Of a stretch of 64,000 nt of DNA, positions 1 through 11,350 are shown in pieces; positions within the stretch are counted from its first letter, which is position 1, and each line of letters starts with the position of its first letter. The translations under genes and the position numbers were made by a program. Below the pieces are notes generated by a model that was not told the DNA's origin, did no database searches, and saw only the letters and a list, made by a program, of their open reading frames with translations. The stretch covers positions 57,476,001 through 57,540,000 of the forward strand of contig NC_045707.1 in NCBI RefSeq assembly GCF_009834535.1. Direction: 5' to 3'. Source of the DNA: Camelus ferus. Taxonomy: Eukaryota.

Positions 1-754
1 CTGCATTTATTCTTTGATGTGCCGTTATCTGAATCCTCCTTGCAGGGCTCCTGTTTCAGATGTGATTTAGAGTTAATAATATGGTAAGAATCAAGCAACT
101 CTGTCTTCCCAGTTATGCCACACAAAAGGGAGAACTCATGATGAAAAATTTGCCGAGTCATGTGTTCCTTTATGTTCTGCAGAGCAGAGAGAATTCTGTT
201 GCCACTTGAAAGATAAATAATAATAATTGTAATATGTTCTTCTTTATTCCCAGCAGGGCTGTCAGAATCTGAATTGTACTTTTCTGCAATCTTGCACCTG
301 GGGATACAGGCTCCCTGGTGTCTTTGGGAGGCTCAGAATCATGTCAGGGTATGTTCTCTTTCCCCTGTCTTGGCCTCAGACTGGATGTCTCAAGTAGAGG
401 AAGTGACTGTCTCCTTAAAATGTATCATTGCAGAAATATTAATTAACCATTGGAGGAAATTTTAAATACAAATAAAATTTTATATTTTTATAAATTGAGA
501 AACATTAGAATTGAAATCACCTAAACTGTTGCCATGCAGACAGTTACTCTTAACAATTCCAAATTCAAGCAAGTGCATATAATTTTGAAACGGGTATTTG
601 TCATTTTATCTTCTGGTATCTTTCCCCTTCCTACCAGCACTCTGCTACCCTAAGGAGTTCCAGGTCTACCTCCCTGGTGCATAATGTAGGTGAGATGGCA
701 AATTTAGTATTAGGGAGAAACATTGTTTCCCAACTTTTACGTTTCTATATGGAG

Positions 755-955
755 CAGTCTTTCTCAGCCTGAGCACCACTGACATTTTGAATCTGGCCTT
801 TTTTTGTTGGAGAGCTGTCCCGTGCTTTGTAGGATGGTTGGCAGCATCCCTGGTCTTTGCCCACTGGATGCCAGTAACACCCTTCCATTTTAACAGCCAA
901 AACTTTCTCCAGATACTGCCCCAGGGGCCAAAGTGTCCCCATTGAGAACTAGCAG
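755..955 (-). mobile_element. MER20-like hAT-Charlie non-autonomous DNA transposon
   Basis: Matches the recalled MER20 consensus in reverse (ttctcagcct...actgacatttt...tgtaggatg...gcagcatccctgg...ggatgccagta...ttgagaac). Boundaries approximate. Confidence 0.8.
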
Positions 956-3900
956 TAGAATGTGACTGATAAAGAGTAAGATTCCGGGCCTCTTAGGAAG
1001 GAAAAGTGACTTTGCTGTTTGGAGACTTTGAGGGAAAGAACTAAGGCGCAGAGCCTGTGCCTTCTACATTCCCTTTGGAATCTGTTTGTTCCCAGAGAAT
1101 ATATGATGGTCTGCCCTCAGGCTTCTGGTAGTACAATTGGGGCTTGAAGTTAGAGTGGTGGTTTACTCAGTTAAGTGTTCATTTTTCTTCTGTAAACCTA
1201 GCTGATAGTCAGAATTGCACAACAGGGCATTCTTTACATGAAGGTTGCGTAGTAGACTTGAAACTGGCATGATTTAGGTGGGTGGCTCTGGAATGTGGGA
1301 TTTTGTGAGTGCAAGCTACAAGCTACGTGATTATTTTGACCTTGACAGGTCATCAGCTTAGGGTGGCTTTATCTTCAGGCAATTGACTGTATCTCAGCAA
1401 AAACGGACCATGATCGCCTTGGCAGATGTTGGCTGCTTGGGCTCCAGAATGCAAGCTGCTGTCGCTTGACTGTAAATTGTATTCTGTCATATCTCTGCAA
1501 AGGAGACAGAAAAGTGGGTTCATTCTTTTTGCACATTGATAGGGAGAGAAATATTTGCTGCTTATGCTCTGGTTTGTTGTTTTTTTTTTTGTTTTTTTTT
1601 TTGTTTGTTTGTTTTTTTTGGCCAAGCTTTCGGATTGGGACTTTGAAGAGCAGAGGCTGTTGAGTTCCAAGTGGACTCCACTCGTGAATTTCAGACTTAG
1701 AATTATTAATGCCAGGCCTAGACAGAGCTAGGTCAGCTGCCTGGAATTCCATCTTTCGTTTTGTTGTCTTTAACTGCATTCTTGGCAAAGTAAGAGCTAC
1801 CCCCTTTGATTCCTGTTTCCTGTCCACACGTTCGTGCGTGTATACCCTCCACTGCCATCACCACAGGGTCTCAGAATGGCTGTGGCTTTGTTCACTACGT
1901 AAGTTCTGACCTTAGTTTTAAATTTCAGGGGCCCAAACTGTAATTTTATTCATATTAGGTTGGTCAATTTTGGAAATCATGAAAAAAAAAATTTATGTAG
2001 TTCCTTACCATAAAGAGAATATTCCTTCTTGGTTAGAGGCAGAAAACAACCCAAAGAAACTTTGCAAAACTAAAGGTTATGAAAGTAATTAAAGAGGCCT
2101 GTACCTGGGACCACATATTTCTTGGAATCACAGTTCCTAAGACGTTAGAAAATGATTTGGAAACAAAGGTTTTAGCCATCTACTCAGAAAGGAGCAAGAG
2201 AAGAATAAAAATAAAGGAGGGCAAATAAGTAAACTTGAGGAAGTGAAAGCATTCCTTAATTTTAAGTTTGTGGATGTTAATCTAGACAGATATGAAGAAA
2301 AAGCAGCATTACATCCTCAAGGCTACAGTATAACAGATATTAAAAAAGAAAAAGAAAATGCTTCCAGATCTCATTTCTTTTAAAAAAACATATAAAATAA
2401 AGGAATTATTCCTGTTGTTCACAAAGAATAACTGGGATCCAATAACTTCTCGTAGAGGAAGAGAAGCAAGATCTTAAGGAACAGGTTAAAATGCTGCACG
2501 AAGAACAGGATTCAGGAAATTACTAACCTTGAACCACGCAGTTAGTTCAAGTAGAGCTGCAGAGCCACAGTGAGCTCACTTGGAAAACCCCTTGAATACC
2601 TGTATCATACAGTTTTAATATAGAGAATCTGGACCTATTAAGAAAGACGAACTAGGGACATTGATGCAGAAACTCAGGGCTTGCTTGGTAAACTTTCAAG
2701 GTGACTGTGAAGGGTCCAGGAAGTTTTGACACTGTGAGTCCAAGTGAAGGCACAGGCCAGATGAGACTTATACAAAACTGGGCAGAGCAAGAATGGGGTC
2801 CACGCCTGACCTGAATGTTTGTCTGATAGAAGGGTGTCTCCCAGGTGAGATTACCGGGCTTGGGGAAGATGAAGGTGGACATAATTTGTTTGAATTGTGG
2901 AAGCTTTTAGCAGCCCCACACACTTCATATTTCTGTCTCTGGCAGACACCGATAAGACAGAAATCTGGAGGAATATGTAAGAAAAATAAAGCCTGAGCCA
3001 GAGAACAAAGAAAGGAAGGGAAAGAACGAGATGTTCAGATTTGACCATCAGTGCTAGTTCTATCTAACTAAATTAGAAAAGGGAGCAGTTTAAGGATCAG
3101 GTAGACCATAAAAGCTGAGCTGGACTCTTGTAAGAAGAGTAGGAGAATATTAACAGGACATAAAGAAAATATCACAGTTCTGTAAAAAATATGCATGAGA
3201 AGGATCTGGAACCTTCAAAAGCTTCAGGAAGACAATGTCTTGGGGGAGTACATGGCAGAGGAACTGGTCTTTACTGGACCCTGGGACACAAGCTTCACAG
3301 TTTCGACAGCAGCATCAGTTCAGGAATCTGCTTAGGGTGATTCTGCCCCTGAACAGTTGTGGTGATCAGTTGAAAACCTTCCCAACCCTGCTGGTTTCAC
3401 AAGCCACAAAAGTACCATGAGAAAGCAGTAAGAGCAGCCACTATGCTTGTGCCCAAGAGAAACTGGAGATTTTGTCAATTAGCTCAGAATCACAGCCCAA
3501 GAGGCACAGAGTCTAGTGGGAGATGAAAATAAAGATGTTTTGAATATTCTGAACAAAAACAAATTAGACCTTGTCACTGGGAATCCCACATTGCAAGTTT
3601 TTAAAATTTACAAGGAAATAGCAATATTACCTTGTGTCTAGGTAAGCATTTGTCAGGCTGATTAGAAAGGAAAATTATTCCAGAGAAAGGGAACGGTGTC
3701 TTCAGGACTAAGAAGTGTGACATAAATGTTACAGTTGGAGGATTGCAACTAGGTCAAGCCAGGAAAGGGGGTAATGGTCAGAAATGAAGTCAGAGGCCAG
3801 ATTTCATGGGAGAGGGAAAAAAAAATAAAAGCCTGATCCACAGTGGGTACTAGGTATATTTTAGGAGGCAATATGAAACCAAACAGCAAACAAGTTTTTT

Positions 3901-4047
3901 TTTTTTAAGCTTTAATAGTGGAAATACTTCTGTTGTTAGGAAGTGTCTTAGGAAAAGCAGCAGCTCGCAGTGTTCATGGTGAGATTGATAAACTTGAGCT
4001 GGGAAGGGAAGAGGTGCCCCTGGAAGTGGCAAGTTAATTACATCTAC

Positions 4048-4480
4048 TATAACCATTGTCTGTTGCTGTGTGGCCGTGTGAGAGCAGTGTGCCCCCAAAT
4101 TTAGTAGCTTAAAGCAACAAAAATTCACTACTTTTATGATTCTCTGTGCTGGTTGGGTGGCTCTTTTGCTGGTCTCACTTGAGCTTTCTCACGGGACTGT
4201 GTTGAGTTGGTTTGTTGCCTGGGGAGCGTGCTCAGCTGGGGCGGCTGGAACGGCAGGGTCTTGCTCTGTACTCTTATCCTCAAGAAGGCTCAGTTGAGCT
4301 TCTTTACAGGGTCTGAGTTCCAAGTATGGGAAGGTGATAGCTGCAAGGCTTCGTGAGTTCTAGGTTCAAGAACCTGTGCCACTATCACTAACACCACATT
4401 TTATTCATCAGAGCAAGCCACAAGATCAGCCCACGGTTCATATGTGGCCAAATACTGTGGCCATGTTTTCAGTCCACCTA
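4048..4480 (-). mobile_element. MaLR (MLT1-type) solo LTR, degraded
   Basis: Typical reverse MLT1 end (tgttgctgtg...cccccaaatttagtagcttaaagcaacaa) and cacattttatt...agcaagccacaag..cagccca motif. Subfamily not determined. Confidence 0.7.
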
Positions 4481-4639
4481 ACCAATTAATAAACCTTTGA
4501 TATTTTGTGATGAAAATCAGTCGAGAACTGACCTCAAGTGTCTGAATTAAAATCCACTGAGCAGCCTGTGATGCCATCCCCGGATTACTCCCAGTCTTAG
4601 GTCTTAGGCGTCTGTAAATGCTACTCACAGAGTGGCCAT

Positions 4640-5930
4640 GCATTGTATGGGTTAGTCTTCCCACTCCCATACAACTTTTTGTTTTCCGTAGAATTAATTT
4701 TTGTTTCCTTCGCTGTTGTGTGCATTTTTTGGTATGTTTATATTAAGTCCATCCCCTTACTGTCTTTCATGTTACTGCCTCTTGATACATTTAAAAACAG
4801 AAGGTATCCTTCAGTTTTCTCTTCCTGAAGAGATTTATTCTGGTGAATTCTGTCTTGCTCCAATCTGACTGGCCTAACATTTGTCCCCTTGAAATTTCCC
4901 ATTGACCCATTCCGGTGTTTGCTTTCTCGTTTCATGGATTGTATGTCTCACTTGTTCTTTGTAAGACCCTCCTACTAGTGAAATGAATCCTTTAATAACT
5001 TTCTGAAAAAGGTAAATTGTTTTGAAGCCATGCATACCTTTTAAAAATGTCCTTTTTCTGCCTTCACACTTAATTGAAAAAAGTCTAGGTCAAAAATGAT
5101 TTTTGTACAGAATTGTGAAGGCATTGTTCTGCTTTCTTCTATCTTGCAGTTGCTCTTGAATGTTTATTGCCTTTCGGATGGTGATCCTGTGTCTAAATTT
5201 GGTTCTCTCCGGAAGGTTTTAGAATCTTCTCTTTGTCGTTGATATTCCGAAACTGCATACTGATGTTATTTGATTTGGGTCAGTATTCACCCATTGTGCA
5301 CCCAGTGGACATGTTCATTCTGACAATTCTGTTCTTTATTTCTGGGGAATTTCTTGAATTTTTAAAATTATTTCTTTCTACTGCTTTCTTTATGCTCCTC
5401 TTTTAGAATTCTTATTATTTGGATGTTAAACCACTTGGCCTGGTCCAATAAAAAGTCTCATCATTTTTCTGCTGTTTGTTCTCTCTGTTTACTTTCTAGG
5501 AGATATATTTAACTTTATTATTCAGTTCTCTTGACTATTTCGTTGTTATATTTTATAGTTCCATGATCTCTGTTTTGCTCTCCAAATATTCCTTTTTTTT
5601 AAGGATTCTTTCTTACTTCAATGTACATAATTCCTAAGCATCAAAAAGGTTAAGTGTTTTATCTGTTCCACCTACTGCTGCATCCCTAGTGCCTGGCACA
5701 CAGTAGGCCCTTAAATATGTGCTTAATGATTCTCCATGGGACTATTTTTATAGGTTTTCAGGAAGGTTTTTTTTTTTTTTTTCTTCTCTCTGCATAGTGT
5801 CTGTTTCCTCCAAAATTTTACTTTCTTTTTATTTTGGCTTCTTTCATTGTACATCTGCTGATTCTTAGTTGTCTGCTCATATTTAGAAGCTCGACTCTGA
5901 AAAGCTGATCAGAAGCTCTATGTACACAAG
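4640..5930 (-). mobile_element. Ancient L1 (L1M-type) fragment
   Basis: T-rich antisense L1-like text (ttttctgccttcacacttaattga...gaattgtgaaggcattgttctgctttcttct...agaatcttctctttgtc). A short L2-like piece is nested at ~5650-5730. Confidence 0.55.
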
Positions 5931-6599
5931 AAGAACTGGTTGACAGTGGATTTCTTACAGAATTAGTCAGAATTTAAAGTGTTCAGTCTCAGTTTTTAGC
6001 ACACATTTACTTAGATTTAACTGCAGAGTGTTCTTAATCATATGAGATGTATTTAAATTTCTGGTTTTAACATGTTTTATCATTTTTCTCATCTTCCTGA
6101 ATTCCTCTTAATCCTTACCATAATAGTCTGCTTAGAGTAGGGGCACATCAAATGCTTTATCTCTTAATTTTACCATCCAAATATATTCATATAAATATCC
6201 AAAACAGGTATACAAGGATATACATTGCAGTGTTGTTTGTAAACAACCCAAATGCTCATCAGCATGGAAAGTGTAAAGTAAATGATGGTATTATATGACC
6301 ATCATTAATGCAATACTGTACTGATTATAAGAGCATGAGGGAGACCTACATGTGCTTATATGGACTTTTGTTTTAAGCAAGGTATATGACAAAAAAAAAT
6401 AGATGGTATTCCACTTGTATAAAAAACGAACAGGCACGGAATGATTTATCCCATTCCTACAAATAAAGGCTGGGTTGTTGTAGGTGGCGGAGGGAACACA
6501 GTCTCTACCTCCTTTGGTAACTTACTCTAGGGATTAATAAAAAAACTATAACAAGAAAACCATCTCTATTGTCTTACATAACCTCAAAACAAATGTTAA

Positions 6600-6835
6600 G
6601 TTATTTATGTATTACTCACTGTATTTCAGGTTTATGTACATGTATACTTCAGGTACTTTACATGTATTGACTTTAATTCTCACAACTAAATATAAAGTAC
6701 ATACTATTATTGTCCCCATTTTTAGATGAGGATGCTGAAGCACAGAAAAATTAGATAATTTGCTTGGGTTTATTACTTAGGAGTTGAATCTACAAAATTC
6801 ATGTCCAGAACCTATTCTTTGACCTACTATACTAT
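6600..6835 (-). mobile_element. MIR SINE
   Basis: MIR core in reverse: tactattattgtccccatttttagatgaggatgctgaagcacagaaaaattagataatttgc. Confidence 0.7.
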
Positions 6836-7134
6836 CATAGTTATTTAATCATTGTAAGTTGAGTGTTTTGTTACTTTCAGCCCAAAGAATTTCTAGCTGA
6901 TATATGATTGGAAGGATCAACTTTGATACTTTAAAATAATAGTTGATTATTCCAAAGAAAATTAGTTTTTAAACCTTTTGATCAAACTGCTATTTACTCA
7001 CATCTTCCTCTTTACCGGATTATAACTCCTATTGGTGTTTCACTTTTATATCTGCATCCTTACGAAGACATGAATTCCAGACTTGCATTTCTCTCACCTG
7101 GTTCTGAAAGCAGCCAAGAAATGTTTGTAAACTT

Positions 7135-7330
7135 AAAATCTAAGAGGTAGATTTTCACCACAGGAAAAAAGAAAATGGTAACTCTGTGAGGTGATGGATT
7201 GACAGGTATGTTAAATTCGCTTGTTGTGGTGATCACCTCACAATGTATACATACATCAAAATAACAAGCAGTACACTTTAAACATAAACAATTTTTATTG
7301 TCAATTTTACCTCAATAAACCTGAAAAAAT
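7135..7330 (+). mobile_element. L1MA-type 3' end fragment
   Basis: atggtaactctgtgaggtgatgga...tgtggtgatcacctcacaatgtatacatacatcaaa...attgtcaattttacctcaataaa, typical of an L1MA 3' terminus. Confidence 0.75.
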
Positions 7331-7729
7331 CAACATTTGCACTTACATACTTTTCCTGGATGTCTTGTTTTCTTGTAGGTAGAGATACAGCAGCTAGAGA
7401 TTTAGTTGCAAACTGGCAGATTCATCATAGCTGGACTCAGGCTAGACTCAGGATATACATTCTCCCCTGTAGCCTCCTTTTACCTCTGAATAATGCCAAA
7501 CAGTTCCTTTATAAGCTTATAAAATGCACTGTAGTTAAACCATGCTTATGTATTATGACTGGCATGCCAAATTATTTCATTCCTACACTATTAAAGAAAA
7601 TATAAAAGATGAGAATAATATATCCTTAAATACTCTAACCCAGTTCCCATTCTCATGTTTTAAAAATTATTTGATTGGGGGGTAGTTGGTTGATTTTATT
7701 TTTAAACGTCCTAGGAGCCCCTGGAAGCC

Positions 7730-8270
7730 TTCCTATCTATGATCCATGTTACTCTCCTGATAGACCCTGACTGGTCCTTTCTATAGCATTGTCTCCTACT
7801 GAGAGAAAACATTTTCAAAGGGTAGTGGATCCTGTCATTGGTGCTCTCTGCGCAGGTCCCTTCACATCCCTTTGATCTTGTCTGTGTGTCCACCTGCACG
7901 TTCTGTGTGCCTTGTTTTTACACAAAGTACTGACCCTGGCTAGAGCCACTTTGCCTGCAAGTGCAGACGGCAGGAAGTTCCTGGGAGGTCCCCAGCAGGG
8001 CCCTTAGAGAATGACTGACTTGATACTCAAATACAAAATCCTAGATCCTGTGCCTGCAGTAGGGACAAATTCTGAGATAGAATCCACTGAAATCTGGCTG
8101 ATGCTGGAGCTTTGTCTGAAATCACCTCTTTTCTTGGCTTCTTCCCCTTCCCTGTTTTGATTTACCCACTCATACCAGACTTTTCTGGGAACACTCCTTT
8201 AGTAAACTACTTGCACATGAATCCCCATCTTGAGATTTACTTCTGGGGATGCCAACTTCCTAACCTAAGA
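7730..8270 (+). mobile_element. ERVL LTR16-like solo LTR, degraded
   Basis: Ends with gaacactcctttagtaaactacttgcacatgaatccccatcttgagatttacttctgggga...acctaaga, resembling the LTR16 3' end. Confidence 0.65.
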
Positions 8271-9265
8271 TATGAAGGAATAGATCTTCATCAGTTTCTT
8301 TATAGCTTAAGAGTCTCTCCAAACTCAGCCCCAACTCACATCTGTGAGCCTGTAAGGGTTGTGTTTTTTTCCTCCCCATCTACCTAATTCATGCTGTGGT
8401 ATATTTGTGTGTTTGTTTCTGTTTCTTGAAATTCATCTCTAAGATTCAGGGTTCTTCTGGCTAGTGAATGTGGCCAGCATTCTACATCCTCCTGAAAACT
8501 ATATTCTTTGCTACCAGTTCTTTCTCAAGAGTTCAGGTCTGATTGCCTATTATGTATTTTAGAGACCTTAAATAATTTTTATATATACATGCACATTTAA
8601 GTGCATATATGTTAAAATATCTGTTTGATAGGAAAAAGTCTTAAACCCTTTCTCTTTTACCTTCACTGCTCCTAAGTTATTGTTTCTGATTATGTAGATT
8701 GCTGCATCAGAATGACCTGGGGTGGGGTGATTTTGCTGTTACTCTCATGAAAATTATTTTTACATCATGGTATATGCATAGATGCCTACACATTTCTACA
8801 CAGTTGTATATACACACATATATAACTGAAATAACATTTTTAAGAAACAATACTTACTCTTACGACATATAATATGATCTGATGTTTTGCATTCCATTTC
8901 ATATTTTGATTCTACTTAAAATACATTAACTTTAAAACATAGCCCTTTTCCTCAATCTTGTCTTCTATTCATTCTGCTCATGTAATCTTAATGCATTATA
9001 ATTTTTATGACTCAGTGTCTTTTATTGATCTCACTATTATAATTTCCTACAACAAAGGTACATATAAAATTAAATTTAAAAAATGAAACTTCCTTTGACT
9101 ATAAAATCTTAAGTGTTAAAAATTTCTTTCAGATTAAGTTACTATTTTACAATTATCAGTAGTGCATAATTGATCAAAATAACTAATGTTTACACATTTT
9201 GATAATTATTCTTAAACATAAGTAAAATTATATTGGAAATATCCTTTAATGAAATACATACTTTT

Positions 9266-9413
9266 TTGTCATTGTATTATCTAATTATTTTTTATTTTGG
9301 TGGGAATGGGGGAAGTAATTAGGTTTATTTATTTTTAGAGGAGGTACTGGGGATTGAACCCAGGACCTGCATGCTAAGCATGCACTCTACCGCTTGAGGT
9401 ATATCCTCTCCCC
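9266..9413 (-). mobile_element. tRNA-derived SINE (camelid Vic-1-like) with 14-bp target-site duplication
   Basis: Reverse strand reads GGGGAGAGGATATACCTCAAGCGGTAGAGTGCATGCTTAGCATGCAGGTCCTGGGTTCAATCCCCAGTACCTCC (A and B boxes), then an A-rich tail. Perfect TSD aaatacatactttt at 9252-9265 and 9414-9427. Same family as the copy at 30259. Confidence 0.9.
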
Positions 9414-10169
9414 AAATACATACTTTTCTGGAGGCAGGCTTCCTTGTCAATTCATGTATCCAAGAATGACCATTAGTTGTGGTTAAAGTAAAATATGGTT
9501 CAGATCCATTTTTTCATACAAATAAGCACTAAGAAATCATATTCACAAGTATGAATGGAAGAAGATAACTAATGACTATTAACTAATGTCATTTAGTTCA
9601 TTGAATTGTTTGAGTTACATGTCAGAATCATGTAGTGACCTACAATAAAACATTATTTTTAATGACCCATTAGTAAATACCTTGATTAGGTCTTCCATTG
9701 AATAAGTGAAAGAAGACGATTAGAAACCATCTGTCATCATAAAGCTATGTTCGTCAGTTATTACAGTCATTCACTTTCCTAATACATACACCAATATTTA
9801 AATGTGTTCCATTGTTTGGCTCCCTGGTGATTTTTACACCTGGGATCAGTGAACCCTAGTAGGATTCAGGGTGGTTGAGAGGGTATCTTTGACTCATTAA
9901 ATAGAAGAAAGACTATTGTGAGGGGGTAGATGGTAAGAGGCTTGCTGAGACGTGTTCTTATATTCACAGTTTTAAGCAAGTGTGCATATAGGAAGTGAGC
10001 ATCTGAAAATCTGTTCCTTTGAAATTATCTTGGAAAGTCTTTGTATACTTTGAGACATATGAGTAACTTGGTCTGAAGACTTCTGCCCTAGGTTTTATAT
10101 ATTTAGGAATGAAATTGTTTTGTCATAGCTATGTGCACAATCAACATTATTAATTAAGGAGAAATGATT

Positions 10170-11350
10170 CTTTAATTTACACTCCCACCAGTAGTGTGTT
10201 AGACTCCTTTTAGTCCACATCTTTACCAGTACCTGGAATTGTCAGATTTTTCAGCATTTGCCAATCTGGTATGCATAAAATGAGAGCCAATTGTAGTTTC
10301 ATTTTGTATTTCCTTGATTACAAATTAAGTTGAGCAACTTTCTATGTGTTTATTGGCCACTCATGTTTCCCATTTCCTTTTTAAAATAATTCTCTGAGTT
10401 ACATAGTTTGCCCAGTTTTTGATTGCCTTTTTCATTATTTATTTGGGATATATATATACGTATATACACTTACATATTATATATATTAGATACAATCCTT
10501 TGTTGGTTGATGTAAAACTTTCCTGTTTGTGGCTTATATTTTCACTTTTTATTATGTTTTTTGATAAATATTCTTAAAATTGTAATGTAGAAAAATTTAT
10601 CACTTTTTCTTTTTGTTCCTTGTGCTGTGTGTCTTATGTAAGAAATCCATCACTACCTGAACTTCATGAAGATATTCTTCTATATTTTCTTCTAAAAGTT
10701 TTGCTTTTCCGATTTACATTCTACCTAGAAGGCTTCCTCCCTTCCTTCCTTGCCTCCCCACTACCTTCCTTCTTCTCTCTCTTTATTTCTTTCTTAGGAT
10801 AATAAAATGTCCAGGAACAACTTATTGAAGAGCCATAATTTGACCGCTGAATTTCGAATACCATCACTGTAATACATTAAGCGTCCATATATGAGTGGGT
10901 CTGTTTATTTGGGGGCTCTTTATCCTCTTCCTCTGCCCCACTGCTCTACTGGTTCCTGAATCAATATCAAACTATCTAATTACCATAACTTCCATAGTAA
11001 ATAGTATTTATCAGCTGGAGCAAGTAACCCCACCTTTGGCTGCTTCAGTTGTATCCCAGTTATTCAAAACAAATGCTAGAGTCATATTCTCCAATGACAT
11101 TGTCCTAAATTTAGAGATTAAATTTGATGAAAATTGACATCATTGAAATATCACATTCTCCTGTTTATGGATATGGTATACCTTTATTTTTATTCAGATA
11201 TTTCTGAATGTCTTTTAATAAAGTTTTATAACTTTCTCCCAAGAAGTAAGGAATTTTCAGGTATTGATCTTACAGTTAGCCACCTGCCTGAACTCTGACT
11301 AGCTCTAATAATTTATATAACATCTAAGATTTATATACAGCCATCATATT
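10170..11350 (-). mobile_element. Old L1 (L1ME-like) ORF2 3' region, fragmented
   Basis: aatttacactcccaccagtagtgtg...ccacatctttaccagtacctggaattgtcagattttt...tttgccaatctgg...ttgtatttccttgatta...gttgagca, antisense L1 ORF2-like. Confidence 0.7.

Noticed and set aside
1353..1827. Lys-rich ORFs of 105 and 150 aa
   Set aside because: The Lys/Asn runs come from translating the poly-T/GTTT tract at ~1572-1620.
2000..3600. Purine-rich stretch that might be a processed pseudogene or retroelement interior
   Set aside because: I could not recover a recognisable protein or repeat motif; would need BLASTX/Dfam.
8690..9720. Possible hAT/Charlie transposon remnant hosting the SINE
   Set aside because: Only vague resemblance; no terminal repeats or convincing transposase frame identified by eye.
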